DNA from: Candidatus Melainabacteria bacterium 17Bon1m
GTDB lineage: Bacteria; Cyanobacteriota; Vampirovibrionia; Obscuribacterales; Obscuribacteraceae
Assembly: GCA_032128875.1 (NCBI GenBank)
Contig: JAVLKG010000007.1
Coordinates: 256,001-320,000 of the forward strand
DNA: 64,000 bases
Reading direction: 5' to 3'
In this document: positions 9,098 through 18,783 of the stretch, piece by piece
How positions within the stretch are numbered: the stretch's first letter is position 1
Layout of the letters: every line of letters starts with the position of its first letter
Notes under the pieces: generated by a model
Database searches by the model: none
What the model was told of the DNA's origin: nothing
Seen by the model: the letters and a program-made list of their open reading frames with translations, nothing else
Program-made: the position numbers and the translations under genes

Positions 9098-10405
9098 TTA
9101 CTTCTTGTCCCCGCCGGTCGGTCCATTTGTCGGACCCTGCGCATCGTCATCGTTCTTTGCTTCCGGCACGCTGCTCAAGATGGGCAGCAGCAAGAAGCAG
9201 GCGAACGTGAAGCCTGCTGAAACGAGAATCAGCGGGGTCAGGGTATGGAACACATCCACGTACAGACGCGCGCCGATGATGGCGGAAATTTGCGTGAAGG
9301 CGTTCGTGACGGACATCAACGCGGCGAAGGTGAAGCCTTCAGCCTTGGGCGGGCAAGCCTGAGCCGCCAGAGTCAGCGTCGACAGCGTGGCGATCATTGC
9401 AGCAGCACCGAACACGAGGTTGATGCCGATTGCGATTGCCTGGCTGTACGCCGTGGGCGTCAGCAGCAAGAGGTAAGCAAGCGTACCGATTGTGCCGGTG
9501 ACGATGCTAAATGCGAGCTGCTGCTTGAGCGGACGTTTGGCGAAAAACTTGCCGTAAGCGATAGCGCCGAGCACCTGACCGGCAGAGCCGATCGCACCCA
9601 GAATGCCGATGAAGGCCTGGGAGAAGTGCAAGGTGTCCACCTGGTGGTAATACCATGGGCTGCCGAAGCTCGGGCTGAAATACCAGAAAGCCAAGAACGC
9701 GATCACCGCCCAAAGAGTCTTGGAGCGGAAGCCGGCGAACAGGCTCTTGGTGGTCGCTTTCATTTCTGCGACGTTGATCGGGCTCTTCTCCTCGCGGACG
9801 ATGAACCAGCTCGCTGCCATCACTGCAAGCGGCGCGCACATGGTGATGATTGCCGCCACGTGCAAGGCCGTTGTGGGCTCGAAGACCGTACACAGCCAGC
9901 CGCCGAACAGTGAAGTTCCGACGGAAGCGATGTTGATCCACAGCCACTGCACACTCTGGAAACTCGCCGTCATCCCGGTTTTCTTACCGTTTTCCACCAT
10001 GACCGCGTCGATGATGACGTCGGAGGCGGCGGTGCCGAATGCGGTGAGCATCAGCGCCGTGACAATAGTGACCGGGTTATCCAGACCGAATAGCCATAGG
10101 AAGCCACCAGCCGCCAGCGTGTTCGTGACAAGAAGCCACGTTTTGCGCCGGTAGCCGAAGAGGGGGATGAAGTCACTCACCAATCCGTAGAGCGGTTTGA
10201 TTGCCCACGGAAGAGTGAGAATCGCCAGGTACTCTGTGACCTGCGCCGGGTTCAATCCCAAAGCCTGCTTGAAGAAGAACTGCAGCGGCTGAGAGACGAG
10301 TCCGACGTGTTGTCCGATGCCCTGGCAGAAGTAGACCAACCCAAACAGGATGATCAGCCGCCTTGCGTAGGCGGTCAGATCTTGATTGTTGTTGGAGGGC
10401 GTCAT
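9098..10405 (-). CDS. MFS transporter, folate-biopterin (BT1) family
   Basis: About 12 TM helices; LPWAIKPLYGLVSDFIPLFGYRRK, DVIIDA and CPPKAEGFTFAALMS motifs. Confidence 0.88.
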   Translation of the reverse strand: MTPSNNNQDLTAYARRLIILFGLVYFCQGIGQHVGLVSQPLQFFFKQALGLNPAQVTEYLAILTLPWAIKPLYGLVSDFIPLFGYRRKTWLLVTNTLAAGGFLWLFGLDNPVTIVTALMLTAFGTAASDVIIDAVMVENGKKTGMTASFQSVQWLWINIASVGTSLFGGWLCTVFEPTTALHVAAIITMCAPLAVMAASWFIVREEKSPINVAEMKATTKSLFAGFRSKTLWAVIAFLAFWYFSPSFGSPWYYHQVDTLHFSQAFIGILGAIGSAGQVLGAIAYGKFFAKRPLKQQLAFSIVTGTIGTLAYLLLLTPTAYSQAIAIGINLVFGAAAMIATLSTLTLAAQACPPKAEGFTFAALMSVTNAFTQISAIIGARLYVDVFHTLTPLILVSAGFTFACFLLLPILSSVPEAKNDDDAQGPTNGPTGGDKK

Positions 10406-10737
10406 GTTTTCTTTCCTTGCCGCTCCCCGCTCGCTGCTCTATCGACCGCACCATGGGTGGTGCAGGCATATAGCAGCTTTGTCACGGAGAGCGCGCACTT
10501 ACAAACGAGAGGAGATTGCTGTCCTCCTCAGACGTCAGCAAAAAATTCGTCATTGCACACAACCTGTAGTCATTGCTTACATGAGCGCTCAGGAAGGCGG
10601 CGTCAGTCGTGCCTCACGCTTTTACGCCGCTTGGATTTCGAGGAGGCAAAGCTGGGCGGAGATTCAAACCGACGTAACCGTCGACTTGCACCTCCGCTCC
10701 AGCTCATGAATCGCTTGCGCGTTTAAAACGCAGTCGA

Positions 10738-11175
10738 TTACTTCTTCGTCACGACGCAGTCGATCTGCTTGTCGCCGACAAAGAGCTGATACACCGGACA
10801 CTGCTTGGCAGTGGCCTTGATGTCGTCCAGCTCCTGCTGCGTGAGATTGCCGGTCACCTCGATGTCCTCGGTGATGACGGAAATCTTCTTCGTGGCATCC
10901 GCGGGGTCCGTCTGCTTGGTCTCGGTCACGGTGACCTTGACCGTCTGGACGTCCCAGCGCGGCATGTTGGTGGCGGGCAGGACCTTCGATGCACGTGAAA
11001 TGATCGTCATGGCAGTGCAAGCACCGAGCGCACCCAAAGCGAGCTGCTTCGGGTCAAGACCGCTGTCGTCACCACCCGAGGTCGTCGAGACATCGCTGAC
11101 CACGGAGTGATTGCCGTTGCTGATCTTCTGCTGGTACTTCTTACCGGCCACGCTGCTAACAGTTACGCTAGGCAT
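10738..11175 (-). CDS. OsmC/YhfA family protein
   Basis: GGDDSGLDP..L..ALGACTAMT and CPV two-cysteine signature. Confidence 0.88.
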   Translation of the reverse strand: MPSVTVSSVAGKKYQQKISNGNHSVVSDVSTTSGGDDSGLDPKQLALGALGACTAMTIISRASKVLPATNMPRWDVQTVKVTVTETKQTDPADATKKISVITEDIEVTGNLTQQELDDIKATAKQCPVYQLFVGDKQIDCVVTKK

Positions 11176-11319
11176 TGGGTTTTTCTCCCGGTAGATTGGA
11201 AGCCCACATTCATGCGGGCTTCGTATGTGTGTTTCAGGATGAAGCTGATGGGCTGAAGCATTTGTCCCGGCTTAGCGCAAAACCGGCTGTTGCACCGGTA
11301 ATGCGCAGTCCGGACAAAC

Positions 11320-12189
11320 TTACTTCTTCAGCTTCTTCGCCTTCTCGACCTTCTTGAGCGCCAGACGCAGCTCGTGGTTGATCGTCTCCAGGACGCTGAC
11401 GCGGCTGTACCGCTTGTCCTCGCTGGAGATGATGTACCAGGGAGCGTAGTCCGTGCCCGTGCGCAGGAACATCTCGTTCGCGCAGACGGTGTACTCGTCC
11501 CAGTGCTCACGCGCCTCGATGTCGTCGGGCGTGAACTTCCAGGCCTTGTTCTTGCGGCGGTCTTCGAAGCGCTTCCACTGCTCGTCCTTCGTGATGTCCA
11601 GCCAGAACTTCACGACGATGCAGCCCTGCTGCTCGAGCAGCCACTCGAAGGTGCGGATCTCACTGTAGGAGGCGTCGAGCGCTTCCTTGGGAGCGAGCTT
11701 TTTGACGCGCTCGACGAGCAGACGCTCAGCCCAGCTGCGGTCGAAGACACGCATCTGACCCTTGGCGGGCATGCGGTCGTTGCGGAAGAAACGCCAGAGG
11801 TACGGGTGCGCACGCTCTTCTTCGGTCGGCTTCTTGATCGGCACGCCCTGGAAGATGGACATGTCGAAGCCGAGTGCCTCGACGATGCGAGACGTCGCAC
11901 CGGACTTGCCGGCGCCGTCGCGGCCCTGGAAGACGACGATGAGCGCCTTGCCGGACTCTTCCAGCTTGCGGACGAGCTTGTTCAGCTCGATTTCCTGCTC
12001 GGCGAGCTTCTTCTTGTACTTCTTCTTTTTCTTGATGGCGAGGCTGTGGTCTACCTTGGCGAGGTAGTCGAACGCTTTCTCGTCGTGATACTCGTCGGTC
12101 GGAGAATGGAACTGCCGAGCGACTTTGATCGTGCCGTTCGGCATGACCGTGAACTGGTCGCCGAAGGGCTTCTGGAACTTTTTAGCCAT
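11320..12189 (-). CDS. ppk2: Polyphosphate kinase 2 family protein
   Basis: FQGRDGAGKSG P-loop, PTEEERAHPYLWRF, FDRSW, VKFWLDI, APWYII. Confidence 0.93.
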   Translation of the reverse strand: MAKKFQKPFGDQFTVMPNGTIKVARQFHSPTDEYHDEKAFDYLAKVDHSLAIKKKKKYKKKLAEQEIELNKLVRKLEESGKALIVVFQGRDGAGKSGATSRIVEALGFDMSIFQGVPIKKPTEEERAHPYLWRFFRNDRMPAKGQMRVFDRSWAERLLVERVKKLAPKEALDASYSEIRTFEWLLEQQGCIVVKFWLDITKDEQWKRFEDRRKNKAWKFTPDDIEAREHWDEYTVCANEMFLRTGTDYAPWYIISSEDKRYSRVSVLETINHELRLALKKVEKAKKLKK

Positions 12190-12330
12190 GTGAGTTTTCC
12201 TTCTTTCCTCGCGTTTTAACCGCGCTGTTGAAAGACATGAGAGCCATGTGGGCTATGTGAGTAGGACCCAAAACGGGACAGGCAGCCTGTTGCCACCTGC
12301 CCCGCTCGGGAGTGCGAATGATGCAGCCGC

Positions 12331-14358
12331 TTAGCCGGCTACTTCCCCGTAGAGGAGGAAGTAGCGCTTCAGCACGTCGTCCGTAGCTGCACCCGGTCCG
12401 AGAGTTTGTCTGCTCACCACTGTGCCGTTGTTGACGCTCAGGGTGACAATCTCGACCTGGATGAGCTTGCCGGAAGATGAATAGCTGAAGACAGCGTCGA
12501 TGATCGGTCGCTGATGCTCATCGAGTTGGCGAATCCGCTCGATTTTGGTCAAAGATGAGTTCGCCGTGTAAATCGTCCGCCCGCCCGGGAAGCCATTCGG
12601 CTCGTAACGGTTGACGATGATGTTGCGACCGCCGTTTTCGGTGGTCACGATGAGCTGGTAGAGGAAACGCTGGCTGGAGCTGAACTCCATGCGGTTGATC
12701 AAGTCACCGCCGGCGGTGGTGCCGTTGACAGTGATGCCGCACGAATGTGTCACCACGTTCCACGTGTACACGCGCCACCGCACTGAGTTGTTCAGGTGCG
12801 GGACGACTAATGCCGGTTCTGTCTTCGTCGTGCTGGTCGAGATGACCGCGCAAGGTGCGGTAGGAACCGTCGGTGTCACCACCGGCGGTTCGGTCCCGAT
12901 AATGGGAGGCACTGTGGTGCCGCCGCCATTGTCACTGCCGTCCTTGCCAGGCCACAGCCTACCAATTGCGAGGATCGCAAGCACGGCCAAGATAAAAACC
13001 AGTATCGCCAGCAAGCCCTTCTTGCCCTTTGGCTTGTCCGGTCCCGGAGGGGGCGGCGGAGGCGGAGGGGGCGGCGGGGGCGGAGGAGGCGGAGGAGGCG
13101 GAGGAGGCGGTGGAGGTGGAGGAGGCGGAGGCGGGTTCTTGCACTCGCAACCGCAGTCCGGCTTGCATGCGCAGGTGCGCTTGCAGCTTTTGCCGCAGTG
13201 GCAGGTGCAGCCGCATTCGTCCGGCTCCAATTTGCCCGGCTTGCGCTTCACCGACATCTTCACGTCAACGGTGAGTTCGTGCTCGCGGGGCGGGCAGTCG
13301 CTTCCGTCCGTGGCTTTGCCACCGGAGTTGACGGTCATCGTCAGTTTGGCTTCCGCCTCTTTGTGCTCGGTCGAGCCGACGTTGCCCATGCGCGAAAGCG
13401 CTTCCTCGGTGCCGATCTTCCCGAACGTTTCCAAAATTCGGTGGAATTCGGCATCGCGCTGACCATCGCTCATCCCGCTTTCACAGCCGTCCTTGGTGGG
13501 CGGTTGTGGTTCGGGTTCGGGCGTCGGTGTCGGCGGCTCAGGAGTGGGCTCCGGGGTGGGGTCCGGCTCAGGCTCGGGCGAAGGGGCAGGCTTCGGTTCG
13601 GGGCTGGGAGCCGGCGTAGGAGCCGGAGTCGGCTCGTCGCCGCACCCACAATCGTCGCTTGCCTTGCACTTCTCGTTGCGCTCGCGATCGGCTTCTGTAG
13701 CCAGTCGCAGGCACTCGATCGCCTGCGTGCGCAAGTCGTCCAGCGTTCCCGAGTTGTCGATAACCCGGTCAGCCAGCGCGACCTTCTGGTCTTGCGGCAT
13801 CTGCACGGCGATGCGTGCGCGAGCTTCGGGCTCGGTGATACCGTTGCGCGTTTCGTCAGCGACGATACGCTTGATTTGCAGCTCCGGGTCGATGATCAGG
13901 CACCACGTTTCGTGGTAGTCGCCGGTCAGCTTCGACTCGTTGAGCAGTGGCACAAGAACAGCAACCTTCTGCGTTTTGGCAGCCTTGGCCCGGGCGCGAG
14001 TAGCGCGACGAATCTCCGGATGGAGAATGGCTTCCAGTTGCTTGCGGGCGTCCGGTTTGTCTTGTGCGAATACGATAGCGGCCAGCTTCTTGCGATTGAT
14101 GGGACCGCCAGGAGCGTCGACGAGGTCGTTGCCAAAGCAAGCGAGAACCTGGTCATACGCGGGATTTGGGGAGTTGAGCAGCTCGTGCGCGATGTGGTCT
14201 GTGTCAAGCACAGTTACACCGAGCGCAGCAAGCGTCTTCCCGAGCGTCGATTTGCCGGCACCCATCACCGAAGTGATGCCGATCAGGTACGGACCATCAC
14301 AATCAGTGCTGCGCGGGCCTTTACCAGCATTCGACAGATGCTCTTCATTTGTGCTCAT
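12331..14358 (-). CDS. coaE: Dephospho-CoA kinase domain fused to a Pro-rich linker, Cys cluster, poly-Pro, TM helix and external domain
   Basis: IGITSVMGAGKST, DTDHIAHEL, INRKKLAAIVF, LEAILHPEI, VPLL.E, ADRVIDNSG in the first ~220 aa; GGAG SD. Confidence 0.85.
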   Translation of the reverse strand: MSTNEEHLSNAGKGPRSTDCDGPYLIGITSVMGAGKSTLGKTLAALGVTVLDTDHIAHELLNSPNPAYDQVLACFGNDLVDAPGGPINRKKLAAIVFAQDKPDARKQLEAILHPEIRRATRARAKAAKTQKVAVLVPLLNESKLTGDYHETWCLIIDPELQIKRIVADETRNGITEPEARARIAVQMPQDQKVALADRVIDNSGTLDDLRTQAIECLRLATEADRERNEKCKASDDCGCGDEPTPAPTPAPSPEPKPAPSPEPEPDPTPEPTPEPPTPTPEPEPQPPTKDGCESGMSDGQRDAEFHRILETFGKIGTEEALSRMGNVGSTEHKEAEAKLTMTVNSGGKATDGSDCPPREHELTVDVKMSVKRKPGKLEPDECGCTCHCGKSCKRTCACKPDCGCECKNPPPPPPPPPPPPPPPPPPPPPPPPPPPPPPGPDKPKGKKGLLAILVFILAVLAILAIGRLWPGKDGSDNGGGTTVPPIIGTEPPVVTPTVPTAPCAVISTSTTKTEPALVVPHLNNSVRWRVYTWNVVTHSCGITVNGTTAGGDLINRMEFSSSQRFLYQLIVTTENGGRNIIVNRYEPNGFPGGRTIYTANSSLTKIERIRQLDEHQRPIIDAVFSYSSSGKLIQVEIVTLSVNNGTVVSRQTLGPGAATDDVLKRYFLLYGEVAG
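13045..13134 (-). repeat. Coding repeat of 30 consecutive Pro codons
   Basis: 90-nt (CCN)30 run using mixed synonymous codons. Confidence 0.95.
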
Positions 14359-14823
14359 ACTGGATTTCTCCGTTCAGTTAGTTAGCGAAAAGAGACAGAT
14401 GCACTTCATTTGAAATGCATCCCTTACAACAAGGCGTGCGCCACTTATGAGCTCCTAGAAAGCACATTAAGGGCGCGCATCTTGATTGCTGCTTAGTTCA
14501 GAGTTTGAATCTGAAGTTTGTTCAGGTGGAGATTTGGAATAAATGGAAACTTGAAAAAACTAGCCAACACCAGTTCTTGAATTCAAGAGTATTAAAAAAC
14601 GTTCTTACTAGAACTAAGCGCGAGTTAAGTATCTCCGTAAACGCTTGAGGTTGCGGGGCTTCTGACGGTTTGGTGAAACCTGATCATGGGTCGCGCAAAG
14701 TCATTGTCGACCGCAAGAAGGCGGCAACAAGACAAGTGCTAACTAGCCGCGCCAGCTGTTTAGTGCTTGATAAGCGGCTGCACATCTAAGGTTTTCAGAG
14801 CAAAGCAGTCAGTACAAGCCGCC

Positions 14824-15033
14824 TTAGAAAACGGCAGTCGGATAGTTGAGGTCTAGCCAGCGGCACACAAAAAAGACAGCCAAAACCAAGCCGAATACAA
14901 GCAAAAACCAGTCTAGGAATGTCATTCGCTCTGGGTCTAACACGTGGATACCTGCTTTACGATCTCGGACGGGTTGGCCAGTCTCTACCCTTATGCCGCT
15001 ATAATCTGTTTTCTGTTTTAGCGGAGCGTCCAT
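14824..15033 (-). CDS. Small single-TM hypothetical protein
   Basis: 69 aa with a C-terminal hydrophobic helix. Confidence 0.45.
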   Translation of the reverse strand: MDAPLKQKTDYSGIRVETGQPVRDRKAGIHVLDPERMTFLDWFLLVFGLVLAVFFVCRWLDLNYPTAVF

Positions 15034-15081
15034 CTGGCGAAAAGCTGGGTCGTTCCAAATTCGAGCATAAAGGTGACAATA

Positions 15082-15498
15082 ATGAGCAACGCTCCCCAGC
15101 TACTCGGTATTTTACTCTGTGAGCGCGTTTTGCAGGATGTGCTACGTCGCGATGCTATTTCGCTGATCAACATTCACAATGGCATCAGCTCTCAATCATT
15201 CCCCACACTCATTCCATTGCTTTATGCCTTCGCTCAATTGTCGGCCTCAAGCAGCCAATTCAAGTATCAGTTCAAGGTTCTTGATGCGCGCGGAACCGTC
15301 ATTACAGCTTCGCCTATCGCACAAGTAGAGCCGCTTACAAACGGCGAAAGCACCCACAAAGTAATGAGTGCCTTCACTGGTTTGATCTTCCCGTCGGAAG
15401 GCTCATACAGAGTCACTCTGGAAGTTGAAGAGAGAGAAATCGGCAGCCTTCCTTTCCAAGTTGTGAAGATCGCACAACCCGAAACAGCTAACGCTTAA
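15082..15498 (+). CDS. DUF6941-like beta-sandwich protein
   Basis: ILLCERV..D...ISLINI and FPSEGSYRV.L patterns. Confidence 0.65.
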   Translation: MSNAPQLLGILLCERVLQDVLRRDAISLINIHNGISSQSFPTLIPLLYAFAQLSASSSQFKYQFKVLDARGTVITASPIAQVEPLTNGESTHKVMSAFTGLIFPSEGSYRVTLEVEEREIGSLPFQVVKIAQPETANA

Positions 15499-15524
15499 GT
15501 TTTTACGCGAAGCTTTGAGTGGCG

Positions 15525-17993
15525 CTAACGCGTTATAAATCCCGGTACTGGCGATTTCTTCGCTGGTACCGTATTTGTTTTTGGCTTTGCAACTGGCGGT
15601 TTTGTGTCAATTGGTTTGCTCTTCGCGTCAAATCTAGCAGCGCCGGCAGATGTGGCTGATTTGGCTTGGACCTTTTTCGTACTCAGAGCTTTTACTTCGT
15701 CAGCTTGTGGGTAATAGTGTCGCAGTTGTTCGGCGACTAACCTGGCTACGTCAGTTTGTCCTGTTGCTGTAGCCAGACGGTATTTAGCCCAGAGCCCCTG
15801 CCAGTTCGTAGGCTCCAATGTGAGTGCCTGGTTGAACACCTTTTCGGCCATATCATTGTGATTCAATTGCACTAGAATCAATCCGGCTGCCACCATCACT
15901 AGTGGCTCGGTCGGGCCTAGCTTTGCAGCGGCACCAAGTGTTTTTCTTGACGCAACAAAGTCTTCTTGCGATTTTGCGTGCTTCAGGCGAGACATGCTCA
16001 TGATCGATGCGACTTGTGCTTGCACTTTTGCGTCGCGTGTACTCTCGGCTAGTTTCATCGCATCGTCAAAGCGCTTCAAGGCAATTTCCTGCCCTTCTGT
16101 GTCCTTCTTGGCTGCTGCTACATCCCATTCGATGGCGGCCGAACTCGCCTTGGCCAGGGCTTCTATGGTCGGAAAGCCCAGGTCTTTTGCGTCTTCGGCG
16201 ACTCGCAAAACTGCTTTGATATTGTTGGTACTGGATGTGGTATCGGGGTGATTAAGCTGCTGCTGCAGAATTGCCTCCATGCGGGCCGTCAATTCGTTTG
16301 CCTTGCGCTTTTCAGGAGTGGTCTCTAAGAGCAATCTCTGACCGCGGTAATCTACGGTCATGCGATAGCGGCTCCAAAATGGATTGCCTAATACAGCTAA
16401 TTTAGTGCCTCCCGAGAATATTCCTGCCGGCACTGCTGCATTCTGTGAAGCCACTGAGAAGACCGGGTTGTTGACCGAAATCGGTCCTAGTTTGATGTTG
16501 TTGAACCTTACAGAGCTGGTTTTGATGCGGCGACCGTCTAATCCGAGCACGTCGCCCATGGGAAGAAGCGAGCTTGGCAAAATTGATTTGACTACGCCTT
16601 CGGAAATATTGTTGAATGCAGCTCCTGTATCCACCAGGCATGTCACAGGGACAGCACCATCCAAGATACCTTCCACGGCCAGACCTGAAACGCCCAGAGC
16701 GGGTTTTGTCTTGACGATTTCCACATTCGTCAAATCCGGTGTTTCTGAAGGATCTCGCAGTGTAAGCGTCTTTTTCTCGTAATCAAAAGTGATCAAAAAT
16801 CGCTTCAAAATATTGGCGCCAATCAGTCCGGCCGGGCGTGCGCCGATCAAGTGATCGAAGCTAGCCAAGCTGGTTACGGCAAAGGGGACATTGCTAAGTG
16901 AAACATCTCCCAAAGCAACTTTATCCAAGTTCATGTAGTTCATTGCCACGCTGCCCGCGCCCGTGGTCATAGAAATATTGGAAGCTTTGAACTTGCCTAA
17001 AGTGCCCGCTACATCTTGATCGAGAATGCTTTGTGTAGCGCCTGTATCTACCAGGAATCTCAAAGTTTGACTGTCGTTGAGCGTGACGCGCACCACTATT
17101 TCATTGGACAGATATTCAAATGGAATTGTCACCGGGCCTTTTTTTAGCCTGGCGATGGGTCTTTCCGTGGGGATGCTGAAAATTGAATCTTCTACATCTA
17201 CCTGCGCGATAGATTTGATATCAGTCTCGGCAGATTTCTTGTCGTTGCTGAATTCTGTGATGTGATAAGGCATTACAGAACCAAGAATTGGTCGATTGTC
17301 TTTGTATTCGCAAATTTTTGAAGAGGCGATACCTTGTTCTAGATCAGTGCCCATATAGTCGCTGCGCAAGATCAGATGAGTTTCGTCGTCAGCGTAAAAG
17401 GTTGATGGTTTGCCATCTTCCGCATAAATCTTCAAGCCTGAGCAAGGCCGTCCGTTTACTTCCCTTCTGTCCGCTGCTTCGATTCGGGCATTCGGTTCTC
17501 CCAGTTTGAGCAGCAGCACCATGCCGTGTTTCACTTCTTCGACGATTCTCTGAGTCGTGGTTTCATCGGCCGGAAAAACATGCTCACCTTGCTGAATCCA
17601 GCATTGCTTGCCATCATATCCGGTGACCATCGGTTGACCCATCAACTCGATTTTCGAGCGCATCATCTCGCCTTTAGAGATGGTCTCAGTTTCAAAATTA
17701 TTGCAGGCGCCGGAAATCGTAGAGAATTGCTTTAAGTCCCCAACACTTTTGAAAGCCATTGCGTCCAGCTCTTTCATTTTGGCGTAACCGCCATAAGCGT
17801 CCAAAATCTGCTTCGAGAGTTCTTTTACATTGATAGGCGAAGTCGAGCGATGCTTCGCGGCGCTGCTCGTGTCTGCTGAGTTGAATGCTTCCTGTTTGTC
17901 CTGAGCGGACCAAACTGGAGGAGCAGAGGTGCTAACAAGTAAAGAGAAAAAAACTAAAAGAGCACTCGCTCGCCGAATACGGTACTTAACCAT
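15525..17993 (-). CDS. Exported tandem retropepsin-like aspartyl protease with C-terminal TPR region
   Basis: Signal peptide; FLVDTGA and CLVDTGA; GLIGANILKRF and VLGNPFWSRY; TPR-like helices. Confidence 0.88.
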   Translation of the reverse strand: MVKYRIRRASALLVFFSLLVSTSAPPVWSAQDKQEAFNSADTSSAAKHRSTSPINVKELSKQILDAYGGYAKMKELDAMAFKSVGDLKQFSTISGACNNFETETISKGEMMRSKIELMGQPMVTGYDGKQCWIQQGEHVFPADETTTQRIVEEVKHGMVLLLKLGEPNARIEAADRREVNGRPCSGLKIYAEDGKPSTFYADDETHLILRSDYMGTDLEQGIASSKICEYKDNRPILGSVMPYHITEFSNDKKSAETDIKSIAQVDVEDSIFSIPTERPIARLKKGPVTIPFEYLSNEIVVRVTLNDSQTLRFLVDTGATQSILDQDVAGTLGKFKASNISMTTGAGSVAMNYMNLDKVALGDVSLSNVPFAVTSLASFDHLIGARPAGLIGANILKRFLITFDYEKKTLTLRDPSETPDLTNVEIVKTKPALGVSGLAVEGILDGAVPVTCLVDTGAAFNNISEGVVKSILPSSLLPMGDVLGLDGRRIKTSSVRFNNIKLGPISVNNPVFSVASQNAAVPAGIFSGGTKLAVLGNPFWSRYRMTVDYRGQRLLLETTPEKRKANELTARMEAILQQQLNHPDTTSSTNNIKAVLRVAEDAKDLGFPTIEALAKASSAAIEWDVAAAKKDTEGQEIALKRFDDAMKLAESTRDAKVQAQVASIMSMSRLKHAKSQEDFVASRKTLGAAAKLGPTEPLVMVAAGLILVQLNHNDMAEKVFNQALTLEPTNWQGLWAKYRLATATGQTDVARLVAEQLRHYYPQADEVKALSTKKVQAKSATSAGAARFDAKSKPIDTKPPVAKPKTNTVPAKKSPVPGFITR

Positions 17994-18123
17994 CGAAATC
18001 AAACCTTTTTCTAGTTCCCCATTAGATTTACCCGTGGCAACCGAGTGCATCTATCGATATACTTTCACACTTCATTAGTTATATGTACTTTCCGATTTGC
18101 CTGAAGCACCCTGCCCGGAAAAG

Positions 18124-18157
18124 TGCTATAGTGACTTGACTGCAATTTGTAATCAAG
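18124..18157 (+). promoter_or_regulatory. Extended -10 element followed by an imperfect inverted repeat (candidate operator)
   Basis: TGCTATAGT, then CTTGACTGCAA-T-TTGTAATCAAG (9/11 symmetric). Confidence 0.4.
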
Positions 18158-18167
18158 CAACTACAAT

Positions 18168-18761
18168 ATGGCTGAAAAGACTTCAAATATTAGCCTCCGC
18201 ATCCCGGACGAGTACCGAAAGCGCCTCCAGCTTCAAGCTGATAAGAAGGGTATAAGCTTTAATGCTCATCTGTTGCGAGTTATGGAGATTCATTTGATGA
18301 ACTCCGGCTTCGGTCCGACGTCACTGACATCCGCGTCAGGGCGCCTTTTCCAGATACGTTGCGAACCCTACATTGACAACATAGATGAAACTACTTGGGC
18401 TTATTTTATAGATGAGCCGAAATTTGAAAAGGAAAGAGCATATTATTTGATTGGCATTGGACGAACCATCCTTCGAGATTGGCAAGTGAAGGATAAGGGT
18501 CAAGTGTCGAAAGAAGTTGGTTTGGCTTTGCTTAGTTACTACACCAAGCGAGGTATGGAAGCAGACCGGCTTGTGTGGAATCAGTACCCTGGTCCGGAAA
18601 ACGACGGACGCAGGGTCCTGCAAGTCGCTGAAGTGCCTGAAACGCTTGAGCAATTGCTGGACCTTCTCATGACCGACAATTGGGTCGACAAATATGTCTC
18701 CCAGGATGAAAAGAGCCAGGACATTCGGAGAGGTCGCCCAGAGTCAGCGCTGTATCGCTGA
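18168..18761 (+). CDS. Ribbon-helix-helix (Arc/HicB-like) DNA-binding protein with unknown C-terminal domain
   Basis: ISLRIPDEYRKRLQLQADKKGISFN RHH pattern. Confidence 0.75.
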   Translation: MAEKTSNISLRIPDEYRKRLQLQADKKGISFNAHLLRVMEIHLMNSGFGPTSLTSASGRLFQIRCEPYIDNIDETTWAYFIDEPKFEKERAYYLIGIGRTILRDWQVKDKGQVSKEVGLALLSYYTKRGMEADRLVWNQYPGPENDGRRVLQVAEVPETLEQLLDLLMTDNWVDKYVSQDEKSQDIRRGRPESALYR

Positions 18762-18783
18762 GTAATTCGGATCGAGGTCATTA

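Noticed and set aside
11374-12219. Long antisense ORFs over GC-rich genes (also 13198-14385, 25348-26406, 50432-51445)
   Set aside because: Expected from biased codon usage on the opposite strand; no motifs recognised.
12689-13462. 257-aa plus-strand ORF with a long poly-Gly run
   Set aside because: Antisense shadow of the poly-Pro tract in the coaE fusion.
18168-18761. HicB antitoxin of a TA pair
   Set aside because: No adjacent toxin gene, and the RHH is N-terminal to an unrelated domain.
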